A model generated the notes under the pieces. The model worked only from the letters and a program-made list of their open reading frames with translations. It searched no databases and was not told the DNA's origin. A program made the position numbers and the translations under genes. From assembly GCA_003971905.1 (NCBI GenBank), contig RSEE01000001.1:868001-932000 (forward strand): DNA of 64,000 nucleotides. Direction: 5' to 3'. Origin of the DNA: Moniliella sp. 'wahieum'. Taxonomy: Eukaryota. Shown here one piece after another: positions 38,609 through 50,659 of the stretch. How positions within the stretch are numbered: the first letter of the stretch is position 1; every line of letters begins with the position of its first letter.

Positions 38609-40285
38609 TGCGGTCAGCGGTGGTGGAGGTGGTTGTTGGGAGGTGGGCGGCGCTTCGCGGTTCCCGTTGTCTCCAAAGCCCAGTGGCTGAACCAACTTTC
38701 AAAAATAGGCCCACTCCAAGGGCACGAGGTCAGTCTGACTCACAAACGCCGCAGTTTTCTCCCGCTCAACTTCTCGGCCTTCACGATTTGTCCGCCGCGG
38801 CAGGTAGGAGCATCCCCAAGCTATAATACAGTAGCGGCTGCTACATGGGACACAGCACACCCACTAGACACAAGATCTTCAGAAGGGGTTCAGTTTTGTC
38901 GACTCTGTCCCGCACGTTCCCAACTAGGTAGGCGATAAATGATGGAAGGAAAAGATGATTAGCTGTCGAGCATAATGTCTTCCGCAAGCAGTCTTTCGTG
39001 ATGACGTTGATGAAAGCCAAGTCGATGCCAACGCTGTGACCTGCGCCAAGGTGCCCATAAACCACAGCAGGAAAATGTAGTCACATACTTGCACGACCGT
39101 CGGGATGCCTACGTAGAGAACCAGAGCAAGCGGGCTGTGCTCCGTTTGCGCTATCGGGAGCATGGGCTTGCGGCATGGTGATACAAGCTCCACCTGGTGC
39201 TACCTCCGGAACTTAAGTATGCGACCAGGGCACGGGACGTAGGCCCCTTGTCTCTTCCTACAGATTTGCCCAGCTCCAGCGTCAAAAGGGACTGGTCGAG
39301 TCGAGGTTGGGATGGCGGCGGAGGATGGGATCAGGGTCGCCTATCGTAGGTTCGCGATCGTGACCAGTTAAGGGAACGAGGATGAAAGCGGGGAAAGCAA
39401 TCAAGGAAGCAAGCCGATGCAGCAGTGGTTTGCTGCATCTCATGTTCAACCGCCTCGGCATCTAAGCCAGATGAGATATAGCTACAATAATGGAGCTATC
39501 AGGGGCAGAGGTCGTCTCCGCCAGAGGAAGGTAGAAGCGTGACAAAATGTAAACAATCTGCTCGGGGAGGAGAGCCACGCTGCAGTATTATAGAAGGGTA
39601 AGCCCTCATTTTCCAAATCCACTGCAACCCATCTTTCCCAATTCGGGCCAGGATCAAGGCATACATATTCTTCCAGCACCTTGATGTATGCCCGCGGCTG
39701 GGAATGGCCGGATTGAAGATTGAATCGCTGGAACAGCCCTTTGGCGACAGCATGTTGTTAAGGATGGAATTAACAACATCGGAGCCAAATTCAGGCATAT
39801 GGGCCCGCCTGATAGCCGAATAAGGCGATGAAGTCCATCATTTGCTCACCGAGCGCAAACTGGTCACAACTGGCTCGAAGCAAAAAACGTAGTGCCAGAC
39901 GGGCACGTCAAGCCATGTGCGTTCCGCTAGAGGATCCGTATATAAGCGGGTCAAAATACATCTCCGCATCGTTCGCGCCAGGTTGGATCGGGGCGGGGCC
40001 AGTTATACCTGGGACAGCGATAGGCTGTCTTCTTCGCGCGGAGCTACAGCCGCAAAGAACTGCAGCTACCTAGACCTTGAGTAACGAGCAAACGAGAAAA
40101 TCATGGGTTGGAGGTGCGATGTCTGGGGCGAACCGGACTCATGCAACACTCCGTCTTGCTCAGTGTTGAGCGCACTCAACGCGGCGTGGTGGGGCAGTGG
40201 TAGTGTTGATGACAGATATGGAGCTGGATGCAGCGGTGCTGGCTTGAGTGCCGCAATTGCATAGGTTGGACTGTTGTAAGTCAAC

Positions 40286-40334
40286 CATGATGCATGACGC
40301 ATGATGTATGATGAATGATGCATGATGCATGATG
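40286..40334. repeat. (CATGATG)-type heptamer array, 7 units
   Basis: CATGATG CATGACG CATGATG TATGATG AATGATG CATGATG CATGATG. Confidence 0.9.
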
Positions 40335-40588
40335 AACTTTGAAATTAGAAAGTTTGCTGCCGTTCTCGTTAAGGTCTTCGCATTGGGTCTTCGCATGGTT
40401 AGTGCCAAGGCAATGCTACCTCCAACTTCCACTTCCGCTAGCAACTACGCGCCGGAGACAAGCGCTCTCGTTCATGGTGCGAGACAGCCATGACGAGTTG
40501 CCTGCCCCGTAATCAAACACACGCAAAGGATACCAATGCACGACAAAATTGCCCTCTTCTTGAGAATACGACAGAAACAAGCAGGGAG

Positions 40589-43297
40589 TCAGGTTGTACA
40601 AAAGAACAGCAGAGCGCGGAGAAGAGGAAAAGTAGAGAGAAGAGAAGGAGAGAATGGAAGGAGCAAGATGGATAGTCGGGTGAAGCCGCACCAAGCCCAT
40701 GGCATGGCTGGTGTAGTGTGTGTCCGCCTCCGACTCGGATACGGACCACGCTGCAGAGCGGGGGCTCGATCTTGGCAATTCGTCTGCCAACGTGTCGTGT
40801 GGGCCGAGCTGTTGGCCTTCACCAACAAAGGCAAAGTACCGTCTCCGTGGTGGGGCTGGGGGAGGTGTAGGGACCGATCAAGCCACACTTCTGTCCCTGC
40901 CTCCCCTTCATCCACTCCATTTCCCACTGCCGGAACTTCCACACCCTCAGCAGGGGGGTAGAGAAAGGGGATGAGTGCCCAAGGAATCGTGTATCCTCTC
41001 GGGTTGGGGGGTAGGCGCACTGGGTTGGGTGGGACTAAGGGGAACAAGGGAATGCGAAACAATCGTCCGTGAGCGCGAGGCGGCGGCGGGGGGGATAAGC
41101 GGGCGCGAGTTGTTGGGCGCCGGAGGGGCAGAGCTGGCGCCAGGGAGAGGGAGTGGGTGAGTGGGCAAAATGAGCGGCGCCTCGCGAGAGAATTGAGATG
41201 GAGGGCCCAGGTACGACTCGGTAGCGCGGTACGAGTCGGTCTCCGGGGCCATGAGCTGCGACGTATGGTCACCCATGTAATACGAATACGTCGCGTAGGG
41301 ATTGGGGGTGGTGTAATAGGGGGTGTAAGTTGGGTAAGGCTCTTGGTCCACCGAACGTCCGTACGGAGTGGGAGCATATGGCCTCGACAGCGACTCGTAC
41401 TGTGGTGGCAAATCGACAACTTCCCCTGCCTCATTATCGTCCATCAAAATAACACCAGCATCAAGATGCTGCCGGACACGGACAGGGTTGTGATCCGAGG
41501 ACACAGTGCCCGTATCCAACCCCATCGATGAAGCAGTAACAGGCACCGAGCTTAAGGGGTGGGTATGGCCCGCCACATTCTGATCGGCCTCGTGTGGACC
41601 CGTCTCGGATATGAGCGTGCTTCCTCACCATTGGACGGTTCAGGAGTCATTGGTGGAATCATGCACATGGGAATGCAATGGTGGCGTGGGCAGGGTCGGG
41701 CATGTCGGTGAAGGGGACAGCCATCGACGGTGTTGACTGCACGGACGCGCTCCTTCCCCCGGAGGGACTGGAAGAAGAGGGTAAGTCATGTCACGCGAGT
41801 TGCTGGCCAGTGATGTCCGTCCAGTCGTCGTCCCGGCGGTGGCGTCCGCCTCGTCATGCCAAGCATCGGAGACGCGAGCGGGTGCTAGCGCATCCGTAGA
41901 TGACGCTAGGGGCGATGGGAAATAAGCAGAGTACGTCCCGTAAAAATGCCTTGTGTAATAGGAGCTTGGGCATTAAATATCGGTCGCTTGTCTCCCTCAG
42001 AGGCAGGCAAATCCCAAGCTGTGATACCACCATCGCGCCGACGTTTACGGGCGATGACGCGCCCAGCGATCACGGCAAAACCGACCAAAGCAGCGCATCC
42101 TACTACTGCAACCACCACTCCCGCGATCTGACCATGGCTCAGGCCAGAGCTTGCCCCCGCGTGGCTTGAAGACAAGTGGCCAGGGGAGCCCCATTTGTAG
42201 CCAGGTAAGGGATTTCCTTCCACAACCGTTTGGATTGCAGCAATCGGGGAGGAAGTCGCCGATCCAACCCCCTTGTATGAGAAGGTCGTGGTCACATATC
42301 GCTCAGGCAGCCCCGAAAGCGACATGGGTGCCACTGTCGCGCTGGGTCTTGGAATTTGAGCGCCATATCCCGGGATGGCCACGTCAAGGCATGAGTCGTT
42401 GAGGTAATTCTCATCCAACCCCATTACGTTGCGAAAGGACACCCTCCTTGTGGGTAGGCCCCCGAGTCCGCCATCGAGTACATGAATGCCGTGCTGGCAC
42501 GCATTGGCAACAACACCGATGCGGAACCATGAAGACTGGACGAGTTCCATGAATCGATTGGGATCTCATACGAGATGGGCGGTTGTTGTTCGGGATAATA
42601 GTACACAGTAAACGGAGGGAGGGCATGGCTGTTGGTGAAGTTGGTGCTAAGCGCAGTGGTAGTTGTTTTTGTAGACTCGAAGACGAGATTCCAGCGCTCA
42701 CATTGGAGCGGGGCGCCGGAACTGTAGAAGAAAATCAGCCGGGAGAGCGGGAGAGGGACAGTGTTGAGGGACGGGAGATGCCGATGAGACACTTTGGATG
42801 AGTGATGTGTTGGCCATGGCACCACTGGCATCAGTCAGGGCCACAACGAGATAAGTTGGGTAGTCTGGGATCAGTGGAACAGTCCACTGGTACGTCCACA
42901 AACCCCTGTCGAGCGGAGCGTAGTCTTGGGGGATTTCAAACGCGTAGAAGTACTGGTTGGTGATGGCCACTGTGACGTGGTAAGGGGGAACGCCAACAGG
43001 CGCAAAGGTAATGTTCAAGGGGCTGCAGGAAGTGGGAGGCGTCACATCGAGGGAAAAATGGATGGGGGTTGAGTGGCCGGTCGGAGCGAAGGTAGTGGCG
43101 GTGGCTGCGGGACGGGGCGGAGGTGCAGCGTTCGAGTCTGACCCAGATCCGGAGCCAGAGCCAGAGCCAGATTGGGAGTCGGAGGATCCGCTGGAACCAT
43201 TGGGTTCGTAATCGGGGTCAGTGTTGGTGTTGGGTACAGTATCGGGGTCGAAGACTGCGCGGCGGGCAGACGGTCGGCGGGAAGCAGGGGAGGGCAT
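40589..43297 (-). CDS. Single-pass membrane protein: repeated Cys-containing beta-rich ectodomain, TM helix, cytosolic PPxY motif; ends approximate
   Basis: SCSPLNITF..PPYHVTV..YQWTVP and QCERWNLVF..PPFTVYYYP repeats; TM GQIAGVVVAVVGCAALVGFAVIAG followed by RKRRR; RQHLDAG..VVDLPPQY. Confidence 0.7.
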
Positions 43298-43753
43298 GAG
43301 GACAGAGTGCAGGTCAGGGTCATCGGCAGGCCTCAGGGCAAACGTCTGTCATGGCCACCGCCAGCCAGGCAGGGAGAGGAAGAGAGGAATGCTGCAGGGG
43401 GGAGAGGGGGGGGGGGAGGAGGAGGAGGAGGCGGTGGTGGTGGCGATGGGCCTGCTGCGGGTGGTGCGCACGAGAGAAGGTGGATGTGAGCGCCAGGACT
43501 GGATGCCTGGCTTACCCAGTGGCTGGCCTGAGGCGATGCAAGGCAGGCGGCTGCAGCCACGGCGGCGGCGGTGGCCATCACTAAATCACTAGTCGCTAGT
43601 CACTGCCGTCGAGGCTGCGCACAGCGCCCAGGCCGTGCCGGCGCGCTCCGGCGGCTGACGAGTGTGTGTATTAGGTAATGCGCCTGGATCGGCAGCGGGC
43701 AGGACGCGTGTGTGGGCGTTCCAGCCCAGCTGCGCCCCAGGGTGCACCTGATG

Positions 43754-43792
43754 CTTGAAGCATGAAGCATGAAGCATGATGCATGACGCATG
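43754..43792. repeat. Mixed CTTGAAG/CATGAAG/CATGATG/CATGACG heptamer array
   Basis: CTTGAAG CATGAAG CATGAAG CATGATG CATGACG CATG. Confidence 0.88.
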
Positions 43793-44445
43793 CTACCACA
43801 CGGTGCAAGCGCGCTCCCGCCGTGGCAGCGTGCATAGAGCCTGACAGGGAAAGCGCACCTGCTGCGGAGAATTGTGGGCAGGCACAGACTGGCGCGTGCT
43901 GGCACCCGCAACGAACACCACATAGTGCAACCGTCCAACGCGCCCGCGCCCGCCCCGCCCTCGTTACATGTTACAGTGGCCACCAGCCAAATCCCCGTGA
44001 CAGCCCCCGCCTGAGCACAGCCTGTGCCCTGATTAATTATAGGCCCTCGTATGGCCTGTTGCCTGTTCCCGCGCGCTTCAGCCCACTTCGCCGTCACCGT
44101 CCCCACCGCAGCCAGCGGCGGTCTTTTATCCGCTCTCGTAATCGATAATCGCCCTGAAATACGCTGCAGTTTAGATACATCCCCACGAACCCGGAACCAA
44201 AGCGGTACCCAGCTCTCGGCTACTCGGGTGGCCAATGCACACACTAGAGACGCACACTCAAATCAATACGTCATACAGGGTCGGTGCAAAAGGAACGTGC
44301 GTAATGCCTAGTGAATGTTCAGAAGTTCATTCGCGTTGGAATTGCAACATTGCTATTGGTTCATGGATATGCGCGATTAACCATCGAGCTGGCCCACCCC
44401 CGCCACACCGACCCATCCACCACCACCACTACCAGCATCCGCATC

Positions 44446-45697
44446 ATGGCGCTTGTATCGTATGCGTCGGACTCGGATCCAGATTCCAGCCCTGAAGATG
44501 AAGTCACTTCACACGGACTGTCTCTTCCGCCACCCAGCACCGTCCCCCGGCGTATGCCTGCACCGCTCAATGTGTCGACGCCCCAAGACGAGCGACCCAG
44601 TCCCGAACGTCGTTCTGCCCCACCGGAGCCAACCGAGGAAAGGGAGCGGAAGCGTCCGCGCCTGCAATTTGGTCCTGGAGCAGGTGGTGTACCGAAACAC
44701 TCTCTTTTTTCTCGCTCCCTCCGCCCAAGAATCCCTACCCCAAGGTCCACAAGCCTCTTGGGCCCCTCGACCCCTCGAGGACAAGGACAAGGACAAGGAG
44801 GAGGGGGATGAGGAGGAGATGCCACCGCCCGGAGTGGGCATCACTTCCTTTCGTGTCTCCTCTTCTCCCCCTGTTGATACCGAGCGGGCCAAAGGAAAAG
44901 ACAATTCGGCGTTCCGGGCAATGCTAGGGCTCAAAGCTTCTTCCTCCTCGGCCTCTCCTCCCGCTTCAGCTAAAAGCAGCAGCGGCATTGGGCTTCCGCC
45001 GCCCAAAGTCTACACGCGCACTTCTGTCTCGCTCGATTCTTCCCAATCGTACTCCGCTCGCTCTACTGCGTCAACGTCCCCTTCACCTGCGCCGTTTTCT
45101 TCGGACGTGCCCAGCCCAGCACGAGCCCGCTACGCATCCCGGCCCCGCTCAGCTGCTCCCTCCCCTTCTCCCTCCCTTGTCGCATCCATCCATCCTTTCT
45201 CGTCCAGACCCATGCTCTCCTCGGCTCCGGCCGTTGCGGGGGTGGACGAGTCGCCAGAAGCACTCGAGGCTCAGGCCGAGGCCGACGAGGCAGCCGCTCA
45301 GGCGGCCCAATACCACGCCATGGGATGGAAACCTAATCCGGACGGTACTTGGTACCCTGCTACTCCCGAGGCGATGGCGCAAGCGCAAGCGCATGCTCAA
45401 GCGTCCGAATCAGCCGGTGCCCCAAAGGTCGGGGGCAAGGCTCGCCGAGCTGCCGAGATGCAGATGGCATTACCCGATGTATCCCAAATGGTCTCTGTTG
45501 ATGCCCGGGAGGTGGCGGCTTCAACACCAGACAACCCAACAGCTGTCCGCCGAGGGGGGTTGGCTGGAAGTGTGGCGATGGCGGTAGGCAAGCGCCGAGG
45601 GCAGCTGTCTGCGCTGGTCGGGATCGCGCGGGAAAAGAAAGAAGAAGAACAGCAGGCCTTTGCTCAGCAGCACAATAGCCATGCTGGTCGGTTGTAA
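44446..45697 (+). CDS. PRCC-family proline-rich protein
   Basis: N-terminal MALVSYASDSD; central KHSLFS; C-terminal KRRGQLSALVGIAREKKEE..AFAQ resembling the PRCC C-terminal motif. Confidence 0.7.
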
Positions 45698-46702
45698 GAA
45701 GGACGTTTCCCCCTCTCCATCACGTCCCCAATCCTTCTAATGCCATTAACAGTGGGTTGTGCATCATTTCCTTTTGTTCGGCATCATGGTTCGAGTTGAG
45801 CGTTTTAGAAGATAGCCAAAGTCTTACCCCCATGCCCCTGTCCCCATACCTCACGCTTGTGGATAGGTATATGGCAGCCCCAGTGGGGCTGATGCGTGAG
45901 TGGACATTGATAGGGGACAAGCTTCTCACTGTAGTGTAATGTGCACCCCGGAGTAGCCACATCCGTTCGACGCCGTCAAAGGACCTACGCCGGCCCTCTT
46001 CTGTCGTGTGTCAATCACTCTCACATGCGAGTTGCCAGAAATTGCCAGATTCAGCAAACTACTACCATATGGTGTGTGCACGGCGTTGGCTATGCTTTTC
46101 TGAACATGCGCTTCCCAGGCAGTAGTGTTGGCTTGGCGCTTATGCCTACCGCGCGTATGCGCGTGCTTTGGCAACGGCGTCGTTGTCTATGCCATGATCA
46201 TGTGCAAGACACCCGAGCACATTGTGGCTATGTACTGGTGCGTACGGGTACGCTGGTGCTCGATGAGCGTAGCTTCGTTAAATGACGGGGATGGCTTGGG
46301 GGCAGTGCGGCGTCATGTGGCGCAGGCTATCAAATTGTCCGGGAGGTGTTGCCCTGTGCGGCTGCCCAGACGCTGCAGTGTTGGGCTCGTGCAGTGGCGC
46401 AGCTCCTGACGCTCCCTTGATTCACCGGCTACCGCTGCCCGCATCCCCCTCCCGGTCCTCTCCACCACCGTGCCTCGCCTCTGCATGCCTCCTGCTCACA
46501 CCGACTCTCCGCCACCCCCAAGCTCTGCTGCTGGCCGCTTTGCCGGCGCTGCCTTCTCTGGCTGCGCAGCCGCAGCCCTAGCCCTGCTCCACCCGCTCCG
46601 CGCGGCGTGCCCACCCACCACGCCACTCCCTCAGCACCTCGTCTCTACTGCCGGTCTCGGGCATCCATCACCCCCATTCCCCTGATCCAGACGAGCAGCC
46701 AC

Positions 46703-48736
46703 ATGGGCCCCGTCCAGAACCCAGCCCCTGCAGCGCCACCCAGCCCCAACACGAGTCGTCATCCAAGCCAATGCAAACCGACGGAACAGCCCAAGAGCGG
46801 GCCGCATCCCTGCCCTCAACGCCTCGAGGACGCACTTGCATCCCGCCACTAGTAGTTCCGAGGTTCACCCCGGACCGAGTGAAGCGAATGCGTACAGACT
46901 TTTCTCTTCCGTCTTTCACCCGTTCTCAAGCAGGGAGCCGAGCACAGCAGCCCCGGGGCCCAGTTCCGGCTCGGTCCGATCCAGATCACCTCGCATTGAG
47001 GGTGTGGAGTTCCCCAGCGGTGATCGTGGGGAATCCCATCCGACCCGGAAAAGTAGGACGCTTCATGGACTTGGGATCGGCCATACCTTTGCTGCGGTAT
47101 TTGGTCGGCGCAACTCGGACCATGCCAATGCCGCCCGCTCTGCTACCCCATCCGCCTTGTCGCAGAGGACATCAATAACTGCACCTGAACCCGCACCCGT
47201 GGGATCCAACCAAGGCCTTCATCCCACACATTCTATCCGCCTTGTTCCTCAGATTGACTTGCAGTGGGACACTCCCACTTTCTTCGAGCCAGTTGAACGC
47301 CACGTCGAGCAGAACGGCGAAGCATTGCGAATTGGTCGCTTTACCGATCATTCTCCTTGGCCGCCAGAGGATGCTTCGGAGGGAAACGCCGAGGCGACAG
47401 ATGATGCTCCCGTTGTCGAATCAGCTCTGGGAGGCGAGAGGCCAGCAACTGCATCTCCTTCCCTCCCCATCGCAGACCAAATCGGGAAATTCAGACACAA
47501 GAAACACCTCAAGGGGGGTGCCATTCCTAACGTCAACGGGGGGTCCCGACCATATAGAGGCCAACAAGGTCGCATTTCTCGCCAAGGTCGTTTCGCGCCA
47601 CCATTGCGAGATTTGGTGTACTACTGACGAACCAACACAGGCGCCCTTGTCGCGAGCGGTATCCGTGCCGTTGCCGTCACTTCCTCGCCATCCGACTCAA
47701 GAGTCAATGTCGCTGGACGACTCTGCCGCGATCCAGAGGGGTGACACAGAATTGAGCTCGAGCGGAACCTCCAAGCCGGCGCTCAGATGGTGGATTCGGG
47801 ATACTGGAAGCACTGCGGGAACCTTTTTGAATAGCCTCCGCCTTGCGCCCCAGGGCGTGACAAGCAAGCCCATTCAAATGAAGGAAGGGGATACTCTCCA
47901 ACTTGGCGTCGATTATAGGAGGGGCACAGACCAGCTGTGCCAAGCAATTCGGATGCGCGTCGAACTTCACCCGCCTCCTGATCCCACCAAGACGGCCTAT
48001 TTCTGTCATGTCCAGCAGCAGCTGGCTACAATTCGCAAAGGCCCCTCTATAACAGTGGGAAACCAAGTTGCGCCCGAAACGCCTGGCGTCTTGGGCGAGT
48101 GTTGCATTTGTGCGTCTTTATTCATGGTGTTTCTCCTAAGTGTGTGTATTATGATGCTGACTCTGTGCATCTGGGTCCCCCACAGGTCTTAACAAAACGG
48201 CGGTTGCACAAGCCTTACTCATTGCGCCCTGTAGACATGTGTTCCACTACAAGTGTCTTCGCCCTCTTTTGATGCGGACCTACCCGATGTTCAACTGTCC
48301 CTATTGTCGCGCCACGTCCGATTTGGAAGACGAAGAAGACATTCCCTACAACCCGCCTAGTATTCCATCTTCTTCGTCCATGCCACCTCCATCGTCTATT
48401 CTCCAACCAAATGTTGGGCCCGCCAAACCCTCAACCGCCACTCCTGTACCGTTGGGCATGATGCTGGACCAGCTTCCATCAAACCCTCATTTAGCATTGG
48501 ACCAGATGATTGAGGAACGAGCACCCACCCTCACTCCTGACGCTTCCACCCCCATACCTGCATTTTCCTCTGACTATCATGAGGTTCGTGAGTCGCAGCA
48601 GCATGATGGGGACCACAATGCGCTCACTCCTTACGACTCACCTACCGACGATCCCTCGCACTTACTGGGCCTGGAGCTACTAGACTTTTCTTGGCCTCCT
48701 AACTCCCTTGAGCTGGGAAGGTCGCTCTCTCTATGA
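46703..48736 (+). CDS. DMA1: FHA-RING E3 ubiquitin ligase Dma1/Chf1 (intron ~48109-48185)
   Basis: HSIRLVP..LRIGRFTD, KVVSRHHCEIW, IRDTGSTAGTFLN, GDTLQLGVDY; RING ECCIC/L..APC.HVFHYKCLRPLL..FNCPYCR. Confidence 0.9.
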
Positions 48737-49477
48737 AAACAACGCCCGCGTTGTGTCCATCACAGTCACGACCCCGACCCTCGCCCCTTCGTTTTCTATT
48801 TACGACTCCCGTGACAACTACGGCTTGTACTTGTATATGTTCTCGCCAGTGGCACTTCGACTCGGCAGTTTCATCCCAATGTGGATGTCTGCTCTCCCTG
48901 CTTGACCCATTGTCGTAATGACAACGCGTATTAATTGCCCCAAGGGGGTTGTACTTTCCCTCTCCCCGTTGGGGCATACGCGCGTTGTTTCGAACTTTTG
49001 ACACCATAACGTTCTGTCCTCTCGGTCCAATAACCTACTCTAGTTTGAAGACGTGGATGTGGTCGTCTTTTCGTACTCTAGCGCCCCATTCTCGATAGGC
49101 AAGAGCATACTAGGCCACCTGGTTAGGATGAGTACTAGTAGCCCTCATTGTTGGAGCAAGCGCAACCCAAGCCTCTGCCGCCTCAACTGCAATCAAGAAT
49201 GCAATGACGAAAGAGTTGCTCGCGATCTATTGTGACCCATATTCTAAACAGAAAACGGACCGTCTTGCCAGTGATAAGTAAAGTAGTATTGGGGTGCTGG
49301 TCCGTCTCTGGCCATGCGCACGCCGATCTTCGAATGAGAAATGTTTACCCCGCTTGGCCTACGTCGTCCTTTCCCCCTCTGGGCTACGTCGTACGCTTTC
49401 CCTAGGTATTTGGGGAGCGAGACTCAAATGGGAGGCATGGAAGACGTTACCAGTCGACATAGAAACCGAATGTGGAA

Positions 49478-49998
49478 TCAGGCAAGCCCAGCCACCAGCC
49501 CGAGGGGGAAGACGAGGTGGAAGCGTGTGCGAGCGAAGTGGCTATTGGTTGCAACGCCGCGGCCGGGGTGGGGTCGGTAGGGGGAAACCCAGCCAGGTCG
49601 GGGAAGGGTCTCGAAGAGCGTAGTCCACGACCATCGGATGCCGTGGGAGATCCAACAGGCACACACCCGGGGCACATCGCTGGCCAGCGCCGCAGCGGCA
49701 GCCGCCTGCGGCGGCAGGGCTGGACTGCCTAGCTCAAACCCGCTGCGCCAGTAGCAGGTCGAAGCGAAGACGCTGACCAGGATCGCCGAGCAGTACATGC
49801 ACGGCCGTGTCTGGAGACAATAGGAGGCGAGGAAGAGCGCAAGGGTGAGGGGTGACAGACCCGGTAGCGGGAGGAGAAAGATGGGCATAAACCATCTCTG
49901 TGGAGGCGGGAGCGGGAGGAAGAAGGCATGAGAAGATCAGCTGTGGAAGGGGGGGCGGTACAACCGCGGCGTGTGGGTGGACATACTAGGCAATACAT
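49478..49998 (-). CDS. BLCAP/Bc10-family small membrane protein; 12-nt first coding exon, intron 49898-49986
   Basis: The spliced product MYCL/RWFMPIFLLPLPGLSPLTLALFLASYCLQTRPCMYCSAILVSVFASTCYW matches the BLCAP pattern MYCLQW..P..RKPCxxC; GTATGT donor, CTGAT branch and CAG acceptor are present. Confidence 0.85.
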
Positions 49999-50659
49999 CG
50001 TGCTGGGCGTACACCCGCGTGCAGAAAGCGTGGCGGCAGCAGTGGCGGTGGAGGCGGGTGTGCCGATGCTGATGCGACGGCTCACACGCGCAGGCAGCCA
50101 CTTGGGCGTTGAAAGTTGAAGGTCCCAGTTGAACGTTCAGTTTGGCCCGTGGCCTCAACGACGGCTGGAAGACGATGGATGACGCGTGGCGTTGAGGGTG
50201 GCAATGCATGACGCTGCACGTGACACGCTGTCGCTTAGGCGCTCAAAGATTCAACGAGAGAGACGGGGGGTGGGAGACACGACACGCGCGGCGCCGCTGC
50301 CTGGCCCCGACGGGGGGACCAGCACCCAGGACAGCCGAGCACCGCCTCAGAACGGGCTTTGGCGCAGCCAGCCGTGCCGCGGAGCCCCTTGGCCTGGTTC
50401 GGCCGCCGTGTCTGCGCGGGGTTCAGCGGTGGGGTGGGGACACGCCACCAGCTATAGTTATCGATTATCGAGGTAGTCGCAGTCCCACAGGCCGCGGCAG
50501 TGCTGCGACGCACATCCTCAATCATTTATCATCCGCTGCTGCGTGTTTGTCAGGCACGGATGGCCATCTCGGGACGCACATTTTGATTCAAAACCCCCCG
50601 CCCACCTCCGACCCGGCATTCTGTTCCCCCTCATCGCCACCACCTCCCCATCTCCTCCC

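Noticed and set aside
43395..43445. G-run/GGA tract (G-quadruplex candidate)
   Set aside because: It is the complement of the C-rich 5' leaders seen before many genes here, and homopolymer length is unreliable in this assembly.
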